64,000 nt of DNA, taken from assembly GCF_044704955.1 (NCBI RefSeq), contig NC_091999.1, positions 10,230,001 through 10,294,000 of the forward strand. Reading direction: 5' to 3'. How positions within the stretch are numbered: the first letter of the stretch is position 1; every line of letters begins with the position of its first letter. Shown piece after piece: positions 52,811-64,000 of this stretch. The notes beneath the pieces were generated by a model that saw nothing but the letters and a program-made list of their open reading frames with translations, made no database searches and was not told the origin of the DNA. This DNA is from Pristiophorus japonicus (lineage: Eukaryota). The position numbers and the translations under genes are program-made.

Positions 52811-53257
52811 GGACTCATGGCACAGAAATAAACGGCGGTGTCTGAGATCAAGGCCTTGCTGATCGTTAGCTCAGTAAACTTAGTCGTTTTATGAAACGCA
52901 GAAGAGAATCGGTCAGTGAAGTCGGGGTTTCGCTTTACGGCCGTTCCAATAAGGTAAAACACGTACTGTGGGGGCTGCCCGGGGTGTTGACTGTACCAGA
53001 ACACATAAGGACTAGGTTTGCTGGTTTTCAAGGTGCAGTTTAGTGTCACATTACATTCCTCTTCAACCATCATTTCGAGAACTGACTGTTCCACTGTGTC
53101 TTGTTGGGTCCATTCTAAAATAAAATAATAGCAATTGTAATCATCGCATTATCACTTTACCAATAATAACATCAGGGGCAGAATTATTATTTTTACAAAG
53201 GAAATACTTACTGAGAAGTGATATAATGATGAAGAGCGGTGCGAGACGGTTCTACAT
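52811..53257 (-). pseudogene. V segment (F4): intact V exon 53114-52811, leader with ATG TAG
   Basis: QDTVEQSVLEMMVEEECNVTLNC...FWYSQ...DTAVYFCAMSP; leader M*NRLAPLFIIISLL. Confidence 0.85.
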
Positions 53258-53871
53258 GATGCTCCCTGAGTCTCTAACTCTGCAGTCCTGGAAATTCTCT
53301 GTCGGAGCAGCAATACAGATCCCTGCTACACTGCACTGCTGGTCCAACCAATGTGAAGCAGGGAACAGCGACAGCGATCTCTCCAATAACACAGGGCAGG
53401 CAAGGCGGGGCAGAGCGAGAGCAGCAAATGGAAGCTGTGGGCGTCGCTGTCACCATAAGTGTTTTCATACGTGGGATCCATCTGTGAGAACAGAATTCAG
53501 AACAATGTCTCCTTCTCAAATTATACAACTCTTCCTCTCGATAAGAGCTGCGTTAATTTCACATTTATTACAAACTCGGGGCAAGGAGATTGGCGACAGG
53601 AATTGCAAAATTATTACATTATTCGACAGTTACCGAAAATTTCATCAGTGAAATAGGTTAAAACTAGGTGCTGAAATAAGCGATGGGAAAGAGAACAAAC
53701 TGTGAGGAAAAGTATACCATTACTGAGCTGAAATGTGAAATCAAAAGGAATTTCATCCTAATTTATATTGAATAATATAATTGCAGATTGATCACTGTCC
53801 TTTGACTGAACTGGCCGTTTTCGGATCCGATTTGACTATTACCCAATCTGTTCAGACTTTGATCAGTGAGG

Positions 53872-54135
53872 AGAAGTTGCACGAGAGGGGAGTTATCCTC
53901 CAAACTATGGCCCGTAGCACAGCAATAGATTCTGGTATCCACAAACTCTGCCTGGCCGAAGCCCAGTGTGCTCAGACATTGATCCCGGTTGGTACGGATC
54001 TTAAATCGGATTGGTGGCATTCTTCTTTAAATCCACAATGGATGTATCTCGGGGCCGCGCTCACCAATCGGCTATACCAACAGATGTTGTCGGTCATGCG
54101 GAACACGCACTGGATTCTGACAGGATTTGGTTCCG
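53872..54135 (-). pseudogene. Degenerate V pseudogene
   Basis: VRIQC...ICWYSR...; DTRIYCCATG; RSS-like CATAGTT-22-GCAACTTCT. Confidence 0.6.
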
Positions 54136-54908
54136 CTGCGAAATCACAGGCAGGTAGAGAAATCTGGGCCAAACTCGGAGCAACTTTCGACAAAATTTAA
54201 GAATTACATGGAATCTACAGCATAGAAACAGCTCATAGAATCAGTGGATATTGGGAAATAGAGAAGAGAAAGATTTAAAGAAAGTGAGTATGGAACAGAT
54301 TTCGAAACATAAGGTAGAGGAAAAGAAAGTGAAAGTGTGAAAGAAAGAATGAAAAAGACAAAGAGACAAAGCTTTTCAATAATGAGAGTGTAGAGGACAG
54401 CAAATGAGAAAAGGGGGAACGAGAAATGAAAGAACGTGATAAGCAACGAGAGAAGGACAACGCGAATAGGTAAAACATGTTCTTTCCTTTACATTCACTC
54501 ACATTTCAGTTCTGCCTATTTAGCCAGTTGAATTGTCTGAAACAAAAGTCTCACATAATAACCCGCTGGAAACCACCCTATCGATGAATTCACACTTTCC
54601 TCTACCCATTATCCTGAATTCCTCAGAGTCACTGTCAGAGGGCGCCGGGGTCACATGTTTCTCACCGTTACCACCCGGAAATTCTAGAGACAAATCATGC
54701 AGTAACACTGCCCAAGGCAGCCCAGCCCACAGCTTCCATTTGCCGCTCTCGCTCAGACCCACCTTGCCAGCCCCGTGTTATTGTAGAGATTGCTGCCGCT
54801 GCTCCCTGTTTGCATTGGTGCAATCAGCATTGCAGTGGCGCGGGGATCTGTAATTCTGCACCCCCAGACGATTTTCCGCACTGCAGAGTTACAGACTGAG
54901 GGAGCATC

Positions 54909-55451
54909 ATGCGGAACCGCCTCACAGCAGTCCTCATCAATATATCACTTCGCAGTAAGTCTTTCCTTGTCAGTAAAAATCCATTCTCCCCTGGACTGCT
55001 GTAACTCAGCTGTTATTATTGGTAAAATGACATTGATACTTATTTTGATTTGAATTATGGTGATTATGATGATGAAGATGGTGAAGATTACAATAATTTT
55101 ATTTTAGATTGGAGCCACCAAGACAGAGTGGAACAGTTGCTCCCTGAAATGACAATTGAAGAGCAAAGTAATGTCACACTAACCTGCACCTTCAAAACAC
55201 GCGTTACTGCCCCTTATGTGTAATGGTACATTCAGCACGCCGGGAAGCCTCCACAGTGCGTGCTTCATCTTCTCGGAGGCGATGTATACAGGAAAAATGA
55301 TATCACTGATCGATTCTCCTCTACGTTTACTAAAATTAACAAGATTACCGAGCTCACAATCGGCAAAGCCCTGATTTCCGACACCACCGTGTATTTCGGT
55401 GCCATGGAACCCACACTGCTACAGAGTTATCGTGCATCCCTGACAAAAACC
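54909..55451 (+). pseudogene. V pseudogene (F4)
   Basis: Leader 54909-54954; exon from 55108; TAA before WY; YFG replaces YFC; RSS CACACTG(55412)-24-ACAAAAACC. Confidence 0.9.
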
Positions 55452-55844
55452 CACGCTAAGATTTCCAGTTGCTGCGCACCAGAGGGCCCTCCCACACCGA
55501 TAATCAGAAGCAGTAATTCAGCCTCCACAGTCAGAGTCACAGGGAGATTCTTCAAAGGTGAATAAACAAAACCAGCAACTAGTCTGTCCTCCTGCTTCTG
55601 TCTTCCCCCTTGAAGGCAGCGTCGGAGTGACACAATCTCCATGATTCAGGTCTGAAAATACATATTCCATCGGGGAAAGGACAAACCATCGAGTGTTTGC
55701 AATTGAGAACCTAAACATGTTGCAAATTCGAGAAAAGAGCAAACGTGTTTCATGCAGAATCATCACTGCCATCAATTTACCAGTAATAACACCTGGGTTA
55801 CAACAGTCAGGGTGAGGATGGATTTTTTTGGGGGGAATGTAATA

Positions 55845-56080
55845 TTACTCAGAAGTGATATAACGAAGAGGAGTGGTGTGAGGCGGTTCTGCATGATGCT
55901 GCTGAGTCGGGATCTCTGCAGTCACGGGAATTCACTTTCGGAGCAGAAATACAGATGTTAACCCAACTGCATTGTTGATCCAAACAATGTCAAACATGTA
56001 ACGCCGGGAGCAATCTCTCCAATAACTCAGGCCAGGCATGGTGTGTCAGAGTGAGAGGAGCAAATGGAAGCTGTGAGCGA
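55845..56080 (-). pseudogene. Orphan F4 promoter and leader without a V exon
   Basis: MQNRLTPLLFVISLL from 55894; upstream motif conserved. Confidence 0.7.
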
Positions 56081-56754
56081 GGCTGGTAAAGTGGGAGGCA
56101 GAATAAATAAATAATCACCTGACACCTTCCTCTGATCCATCTGCACCTCGTCTCCTTCCATTCTGCTGAAACATGTCAATCATTCCAAATTTTATTCATA
56201 TAACAGGTGGCGTTTTTATAATTTACCTTATCGTTGTCTTTGAATAGCCCAGGAACGTCTGGCTGTCTATATTAACCTATATATCACCAGCGGGTAGATC
56301 TAATGGTCAGTGAACAGCTCTGAATTCCTTCTGATACCTGCACAACAGTAATTGTTTCCCTTTACTGCCCCCAGCTTACAGATTGTACCAGTTTAGACAA
56401 TTGAGACGCCGTTGCATCTGAAAACAGTGAACGATTTTCCATCCAAAGAACGTGAAATTTATATTTCTATCAGTTGAGAGACCTGTATTCATCAGTTAAT
56501 GACGTCAGCAAGTAGATTGCAACGACGGAATGTGGCTGTGCTGATTGTGTACAGAAGTGGATGCAAGATATGAAAAACAAACTGTCTCTCCGGGATGAGT
56601 GGGTGCCACTTGTTATATGATCTTTAGGAATTGTCTGACAGATTGTTAAATGTGTGAGCGCATTGTTGAGACGTAATTAATCCAATTCTGGAATAGTTTC
56701 CTTCGAGTCTGTTCGTCGTTCATCTCAACACGTTGACAACTGAAAGGCATCGAA

Positions 56755-59301
56755 CAGGAAATTAGTGGTGCATGCAATTAAGGTGCAGCAGTTATCATGG
56801 TTGACTTTAATATGCATATAGATTGGGCTAACCAAACTGGAAGCAATACGGTGGAGGAGGATTTCCTGGAGTGCATAAGTGATGTTTTTTTTAGACCAAT
56901 ATGTCGAGGAATCAACTAGGGGGAGGCCATCTTAGACTGGGTGTCGTGTAATGAGAGAGGATTAATTATCCATCTCGTTGTGCAAGGCCCTTTGGGGAAG
57001 AATGACCATAATGTGGTGGAATTCAACATTTGGATGGAGAATGAAACAGTTAATTCAGAGACCATGGTCAAGAACTGAAAGAAGAGCAACTTTGAAGGTA
57101 TGAGGCGCGAATTGGCTTGGAGGGATTGGCGAATGATACTTAAGGGGGTGACTGTGGGTGGGCAATAGCTGATTTTTAGAGACCACATGGATGAATGGAT
57201 GAACTACAACAATTGTACATCTTTCCCTGGCGTAAAAATAAAAAAGGGAAGGAGGCTCAACCGTGGCTATCAAGGGAAATCAGGGATAGTATTTAAGCCA
57301 AGGAAGTGGCATATACATTGGCCAGAAATAGCAGCGAACCCGGGGACTGGGACAAATTTAGAACTCAGCAGAGGAGGAAAAAGGTTTTGATTACGGCAGG
57401 GAAAATGGAGTACGAGAGGAAGCTTGCAGGGAACATTAAGATGGACTGCAAATGTTTCTATAGATATGTAAAGAGAAAAAGTTTAGTAAAGACAAACGTA
57501 GGTCCTCTGCATTCAGAATCAGGGAAAGTCATAACGGGGAACAAAGAAATGGCAAACCAATTGAACAACTACTTTGGTTTGGTATTCACTAAGGAGGACA
57601 CAAACAACCTTCCGCATATAAAAGGGGCCAGAGGGTCTAGTAAGAAGAAGGAACTGAGGGAAATCCTTATTAGTCGGGAAACTGTGTTGGGGAAATTGAC
57701 GGGAATGAAGGCCGATACATCCCCAGGGCCTGATGGACTGCATTCGGAATACTTAAGGTGGTGGCCTTGGAAATAGCGGATTCATTTACAGTCATTTTCC
57801 AACATTCCATAGACTCTGGATCAGTTCCGATGGAGTGGAGGGTAGCCAATGTAACCCCACTTTTTAAAAAAGGAGGGAGAGAGAAAAGAGGGAATTATAG
57901 ACGGGTCAGCCTGACATCGGTAGTGGGTAAAATGAAGGAATCAATTATTAAGGATTTCATAGCAGCGCATTTGGAAAGAGGTGGCATGATAGATCCAAGT
58001 CAGCGTGGATTTGTAAAAGGGAAATCATGCTTGACAAATATTCTGCAATTTTTTGAGGATGTTTCCAGTAGAGTGGACAAGGGAGAACCAGTTGATATGG
58101 TGTATTTGAACTTTCAGAAGGCTTTCGACAATGTCCCACAGAAGAGATTAATGTGCAAAGTTAAAGCACATGGGATTGGAAGTAGTGTGCTGACGTGGAT
58201 TGAGAACTGGTTGGCAGACAGGAAGCAAAGAGTAGGAGTAAATGGGTACTTTACAGAATGGCAGGCAGTGACTAGTGGGGTACCGCAAGGTTCTGTGCTG
58301 GGGCCCCAGCTGTTTACCTTGTACACTAATGTTTTAGATGAGGGGATTAAATGTAGTATCTCCAAATCTGTGAATGACACTAAGTTGGGTGGCAGTGTGA
58401 GCTGCGAGGAGGATGCTATGAGGCTGCAGAGTGACTTGGATAGCTTAGGTGAGTGGGCAACTGCATGGCAGATAAAGCATTATGTGGATAAATGTGAGGT
58501 TATCCACTATGGTGGTAAAAACAGAGAGACAGAATGTTATCTGAATGGTGACAGATTAGGAAAAGGGGAGGTGCAACGACACCTGGGTGTCATGTTACAT
58601 CAGTCATTGAAGGTTGGAAAGCAGGTACGGCAGGCGGTTATGAAAGCAAATGGCATGTTGGCCTTCATAGCGAGGGGATTTGAGTACAAGTGCAGGGAGG
58701 TGTTGCTACAGTTGTACAGGGCCTTGTTCAGGCCACACCTGGAGTATTGTGTACAGTTTTGGTCTTCTAACTTGTGGAAGGACATTCTTGCTATTGAGCG
58801 AGTGCAGCGAAGGTTCACCACACTGATTCCTGGGATGGCGGGACTGACATATGAAGAAAGACTGGATCAACTGGGCTTGTAGTCACTGGAGTTCAGAAGA
58901 ATGAGAGGGGATCTCATAGAAACGTTTAAAATTTTGATGAGTTTAGTCAGGTTAGATGCAGGAAGAATGTTCCGAATCTTGGGGTAGTCCAGAACCAGGG
59001 ATCACTCTAAGGACAAGGGGTAAACGATTTAGGACCGAGATGAGGATAAACTTCTTCACCCAGAGAGTGCTGAAACTGTGGAATTCTCTACCACACGAAG
59101 TTGTTGAGGCCAATTCACTAAATATATTCAAAAAGGAGTTGCATGTAGTTCTTACTACTAGGTGGATCAAGGGGTATGGCGAGAAAGCAGGAGTGGGGTA
59201 CTGAAGTTGCATGTTCAGCCATGAACTCATTGAATGTCGGTGCTGGCTCGAAGGTTCGAATGACCTACACCTGCACCTATTTTATTTGTTTCTATGTTTC
59301 T
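56755..59301 (+). mobile_element. CR1 LINE, 5'-truncated (partial EN plus RT)
   Basis: 374-aa ORF 57758-58882; CTATGTTT tail. Confidence 0.95.
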
Positions 59302-59302
59302 A

Positions 59303-60249
59303 ATATCCCAAATTTGCAGATGAAACTAGGCTGGTTGGCAGTGTGAGCTCTGAGGAGGATGCTAACATGCTGCAGCTTGACTTGGACAGGTTAGGTGAGT
59401 GGGGAAATGTAGGGCAGATGCAGTATAATGTGGATAAATATGAGGTTATCCACTTTGGTGGCAAAAACAGCAAGGCAGAATATTATCTGAATGGTGACAG
59501 ATAAGGAAAAGGGGAGGCGCAGCGAGACCTGGGTGCTATGGTACATCAGTCATTGAAAGTTGACATGCAGGTACAACAGGCGGTGAAGAAGGCAAATGGC
59601 ATGTTGGCCTTCATAGCGAGAGGATTTGAGTAAAGGAGCAGGGAGGTCTTACTATAGTTGTACAGGGTCTTGGTGAGGACAAACCTTGAATATTGCGTAC
59701 AGTTTTGGTCTCCTAATCTGAGGGAGTACATTCTTGCTATTGAGGGAGTGCAGCGAAGGTTCACCAGACTGATTCCCGGGATGGCGTGACAGACATATGA
59801 AGAAAGACTGGATCGAGTAGGCTTATATTCAATGGACTTTAGAAGAATGAGAGGGGATCTCAGAAACATGTAAAATTATGACGGGATTGGAAAAGTTAGA
59901 TGCAGAAAAATTTTCCCGATGTTGGGGAATTCCAGAATCAGGGATCACATTCTAAGGATAAGGGGTAAGCCATTTAGGACCGAGATGAGAAGAAACTTCT
60001 TCACTCAGAGAATTGTGAACCTGTGGAATTCTCTACCACAGAAAGTTGTTGAGGCCAATATGTTAGATATGTTGAGAAGGGAGTTAGATGTGGCCCTTAC
60101 AGCTAAAGGGATCAAGCGGTATGGAGTGAAAGCAGGAATGAGGTAGTAAAGTTGCATGATCAGACATGATCATATGGAATGGTGACGCAGGCTCGAGGGG
60201 CCGAATGGCCTACTCCTGCATGTATTTTCTATGATTCTATGTTTCTATG
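59303..60249 (+). mobile_element. CR1 3' fragment (inverted paralog of 49986-50920)
   Basis: Same insertion junction in the host CR1. Confidence 0.9.
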
Positions 60250-60250
60250 C

Positions 60251-62062
60251 TTAAATGGGCGACCACTTACTCTGAAACTATGCCCCCGAGTTCCAGATTC
60301 CCGAACTGGGGAAACAATCCGCTCTGCATCACCGTGTTAAGCCCCCTCAGAATCGTGTACGTTTCAATGGACCACCTCTAAGTCTTCGAAACTCCAATGA
60401 GTATATGCCCAACATGCTCAATCTTTGTTTATAAGACAACCCCTTCATCTCAGGAATCAATCTCATGAAATATCTATGAACAGCCTTCAATGCAAGTAGA
60501 TCCTTCGTTAAATACGGTGACCAAACTGTACACAGTGCTCCAGGTGTGATCTCACCAATAACCAGTACAGTTGTAGCATGAGTTGTCTGCTGTTATATTC
60601 TATCCCCCTTACAATAAAGGCCAACATTCCATTTGCCTTCATTATTACTTGCTGTACCTATATGCTAGCGTTTTTGAGTTTCCTGTACAAAGACCGCCAG
60701 AACCCTCTGTACCACGGCATTTTGTAAGTTTTCCAAATCTAAGATACTAATTAGCTTTTTATTTTTCCTACCAATGCCGATAATCTCACATTTTCGCAAA
60801 ATATACTCAATTGGTCAAATGTTGCCTCCTTAATTAGCCTATCTATGGTCCTTTGCAGATTATTTGCTTCCTCCACACAACGTGCACTCCCACTTATTTT
60901 TGTGTCATTAGCAAATCTGGTTATATGACACTCGGTCCCTTCATCCAAGAAATTAATACAAATTGAAAATAGTTGAGGCGCCAGCAATGATCCCTTTGTC
61001 ACCCCACTAGTTACGGTTTGCCAACCAGAAAATGACCCATTTATGTCGACTCTCTGCCTTCTGTTAGGTATCCAATCCACTATGAACGCTAATATATTAC
61101 CCCCAACCCGGTGAGCTCTTATCTTGTGCAATAATATTTTATGTGGCAGCTTATCGAATGCAATCTGGAAACCCAAATTCACAACATCTACTGTTTCCGC
61201 TATATCCACCCTGCCCATTACTTCCTCAAAGAACTGGAGCAAATTTGGCAAACATGATTTCCCTTTCATGAAACCATGCTGTCTCTGCTTAGAAACATAG
61301 AAACATAGAAAATAGGTGCAGGAGTAGGCCATTCGGCCCTTCTAGCCTGCACCGCCATTCAATGAGTTCATGGCTGAACATGAAACTTCAGTACCCCATT
61401 CCTGCTTTCTCACCATACCCCTTGATTCCCCTAGTAGTAAGGACTTCATCTAACTCATTTTTGAATATATTTAGTGAATTGGCCTCAACAACTTTCTGTG
61501 GTAGAGAATTCCACAGGTTCACCACTCTCTGGGTGAACAAATTCCTCCTCATCTCGGTCCTAAATGGCTTCCCCCTTATCCTTAGACTGTGTCCCCTGGT
61601 TCTGGACTTCCCCAACATTGGGAACATTCTACCTGCATCTAACCTGTCTAACCCCGTCAGAATTTTAAACGTTTCTATGAGATCCCCTCTCATTCTTCTG
61701 AACTCCAGTGAATACAAGCCCAGTTGATCCAGTCTTTCTTGATAGGTCAGTCCTGCCCTCCCGTGCATTATGACTGCTTTATGATTTCCTAAATGACCTG
61801 CCACTTCTTCCTCAATGATGGCCCGCAGTATTTTGCCAATGACAGATATTAGGCTAACTGGGATATAGTTTCCAGCGTTTTGTCTCTCTCCTTTCTTCAA
61901 TAGGAGCATCACATTTGCGGTTTTGCAGTCCACTGGGGCCTCACAAGAATCCAGGGAATTATTGTAGTTTACGTGCACTATCTCTGCAGCCACCTCCTTT
62001 AAGACTGTAGGATGCAGGCCATCTGGTAAAGTGGACTTATCCACATTTAGTCCCATTAGTTT
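60251..62062 (-). mobile_element. Old CR1 (paralog of 48655-49985) with a nested young CR1 at 61289-61760
   Basis: ORFs 60751-61332 and 61388-62056; internal AAACATAG tail. Confidence 0.9.
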
Positions 62063-63554
62063 GCTGGAAGAGCCAATGGTATTTATTTCTGTTTGCAGCC
62101 AGAGATTAGACGTAGATTTTTAGAATGATAGAAAGGCTTGAGCGGATAAATTAGCGACTGCTAAATTTCTACTGCTTTATTATGTTTGGATACAGAAATA
62201 AATATAATCAATTTTGTCTCCATTTTCAAAATTAATAACATGTATAATAACATGTTCTCCTTTAGGATAAATGATCCTACTTCACAATGTCGCTTATTAG
62301 CCGATTTGAGGAATTGGTCATAAACAACCTACTGAATCAAGGAATACTTAAAGAGTTAAATTTCATTTTCTTCCCATTCTTATTCGAAGTCCCATCAACT
62401 CTCCGAAAGTATCGAAACAAACAGAAACAAGTCGGGCTGTTCCAGGCCCTTTTAAGAACTGGTATCCCATTGTCACAACCCTGAGTCAGGGGTCACAGAC
62501 TGCACCAAATGGGGCTCGTGAGCTCTGCAGGAAACGACTTGTGCCCCTTGACCCTGAATCAATGGAAGAAACAGCCAATCATGACGCTATAACGTGGAAC
62601 ACGACTGTGGAGTCATCCACTGCCAGGCACACTGGCAGGCAGCATTGTATGACGTACAGTCCATCATGTTTGTGTGACGTGATACGTTGTGGTTGGTTTC
62701 CGTTCATGTACATACAATGGCTCGATTGAAACGAATAGTTACGTCAATTTACACGAAAATAATTTCGGTATCTTAATCGATAAAAGAGAGAAATATACGG
62801 TTGTCGCTAGAAAGGTTGCTGAGGTGCGTATGTGTGAACATTTCTCCCAGAGTACAGCGGGACGCGTGTCATAGATAGTGGCTTTATCTCCACCAATGTG
62901 AACTGTGGGAGCCGCAGCTCTCCATGGCCTGGACATCAACAGAGCAAATCCGGCAAAAGAAACATTTTTGTCGTGAGAAAAGCAATTCTTTACACAGAAG
63001 CAGCTGATACTGTGCAATAACTACACGAGTTATTTTAATAGGTAAATTGGATATGAGTCGCTAAAGAGGAGTTTAAAGGGTGTGAGGAGCGAGAACGGAA
63101 TTGCAGACTGGATGGACTTATTCACTCCCTGAAACTTACCGAACCCGGTGTCAGTGGAAACAGGACAGCCAAATAAGATGAGACTAGAGTGGAGGACGGC
63201 CCCCGAAAGCGGGTGTAGGGGAAAAGGGATTGACGCAAAGACATAATTTAATCCTCATCTGCACCTATTCCCAAACAATTCCTTCCACTCCCTATTTAAG
63301 AGTCGTTAATGTTTCCCTCCCTTAAACAACTGTCTGAATAAACCTCAGGACACATCATGCCAGAACTCCAGCAGTTTAGAAGAAAAGGAGTGCCGCACCA
63401 GCAAAAAAGCAGGATGGTACTCAGGTCTGATTAGAAATATCTGGAGATGTTCCCCTCGCCAGGAGGAGCCTAAGAAATCCGATGAGGCGGCAAAGGACAC
63501 GCAGTGAAACTTCAGTGAAACAAGGTGCGAAGGTCTGAGGGACAATGGTGGGAA

Positions 63555-64000
63555 AGCAGAGACAGCGTCTAGTGTAATACAAAAAGAGACAGGGTCCAGT
63601 GCATTAATTACTGAGACTGCGTCTAGTGCAATGCAAAAAAAGACAGGCTCTAGTGCAATATAAACAGAGACAGGGTCTCATGTAATATAAGCAGAGACAG
63701 CGTCTAGTGTAATACCAACAAAGACAGGGTCTACTGTAATATAAACAGAGACAGGTTCTATTGTAGTATAAACAGAGACAGGGTCTAGTGCATTAGTAAC
63801 TGCGACTGGGTCTAGTGCAATACAAACAAAGATAGCCTCGAGTGTAATACAAACGGAGACAGGGTCCAGTGCATTAATTACTGAGACTGCGTCTAGTGCA
63901 ATACAAACAAAGACAGGCTCGAGTGTAATATAAACAGAGACAGGGTCGAGTGTAATATAAACAGAGACAGGTCTACTATAATACAAACAGAGGCACGGTC
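63555..64000 (-). repeat. 27-bp minisatellite
   Basis: Translates as a 9-aa periodic LDPVSVYIT. Confidence 0.9.

Noticed and set aside
2035-58882. Long RT ORFs (361, 384, 252 and 374 aa) as host genes or a retron/DGR-like system
   Set aside because: They are truncated, frameshifted CR1 ORF2 pieces with typical 8-bp microsatellite tails
61388-62056. 222-aa ORF as a novel fusion protein
   Set aside because: Chance in-frame junction of two nested CR1 fragments
1-64000. D, J or C segments, IgH V or NAR-TCR V segments
   Set aside because: No 12-bp RSS with an FGxG exon, no C exons and no clear IgHV or VNAR signature seen by eye

Overview
Eukaryotic, intron-containing DNA. It is part of a T-cell receptor variable-gene array, most likely TCR alpha/delta, from a cartilaginous fish (inferred from the V sequences and the dense shark-type CR1/L2 repeats). 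About 24 V segments or relics lie in both orientations, most with leader exon, intron, V exon and a 3' RSS (heptamer, 23 or 24 bp spacer, nonamer). Family labels F1-F7 are my own. Two V genes look fully intact (9078+ and 24170-). One is open but has Leu at the conserved Trp41 (14878+). One has an intact V exon behind a leader with a stop at codon 2 (53257-). The rest are pseudogenes. No D, J or C segments were found. Roughly half the window is nested, truncated CR1 LINE sequence, which accounts for the long ORFs. The array grew by tandem and segmental duplication and by a large inverted duplication (46.6-64 kb). The most notable signal is a shared 3' cassette in three V genes from two divergent families: a 24-bp-spacer RSS followed 23-25 bp later by a CTCF motif. 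Also notable is a template-switch junction that copied an inverted RSS heptamer in front of a truncated V.
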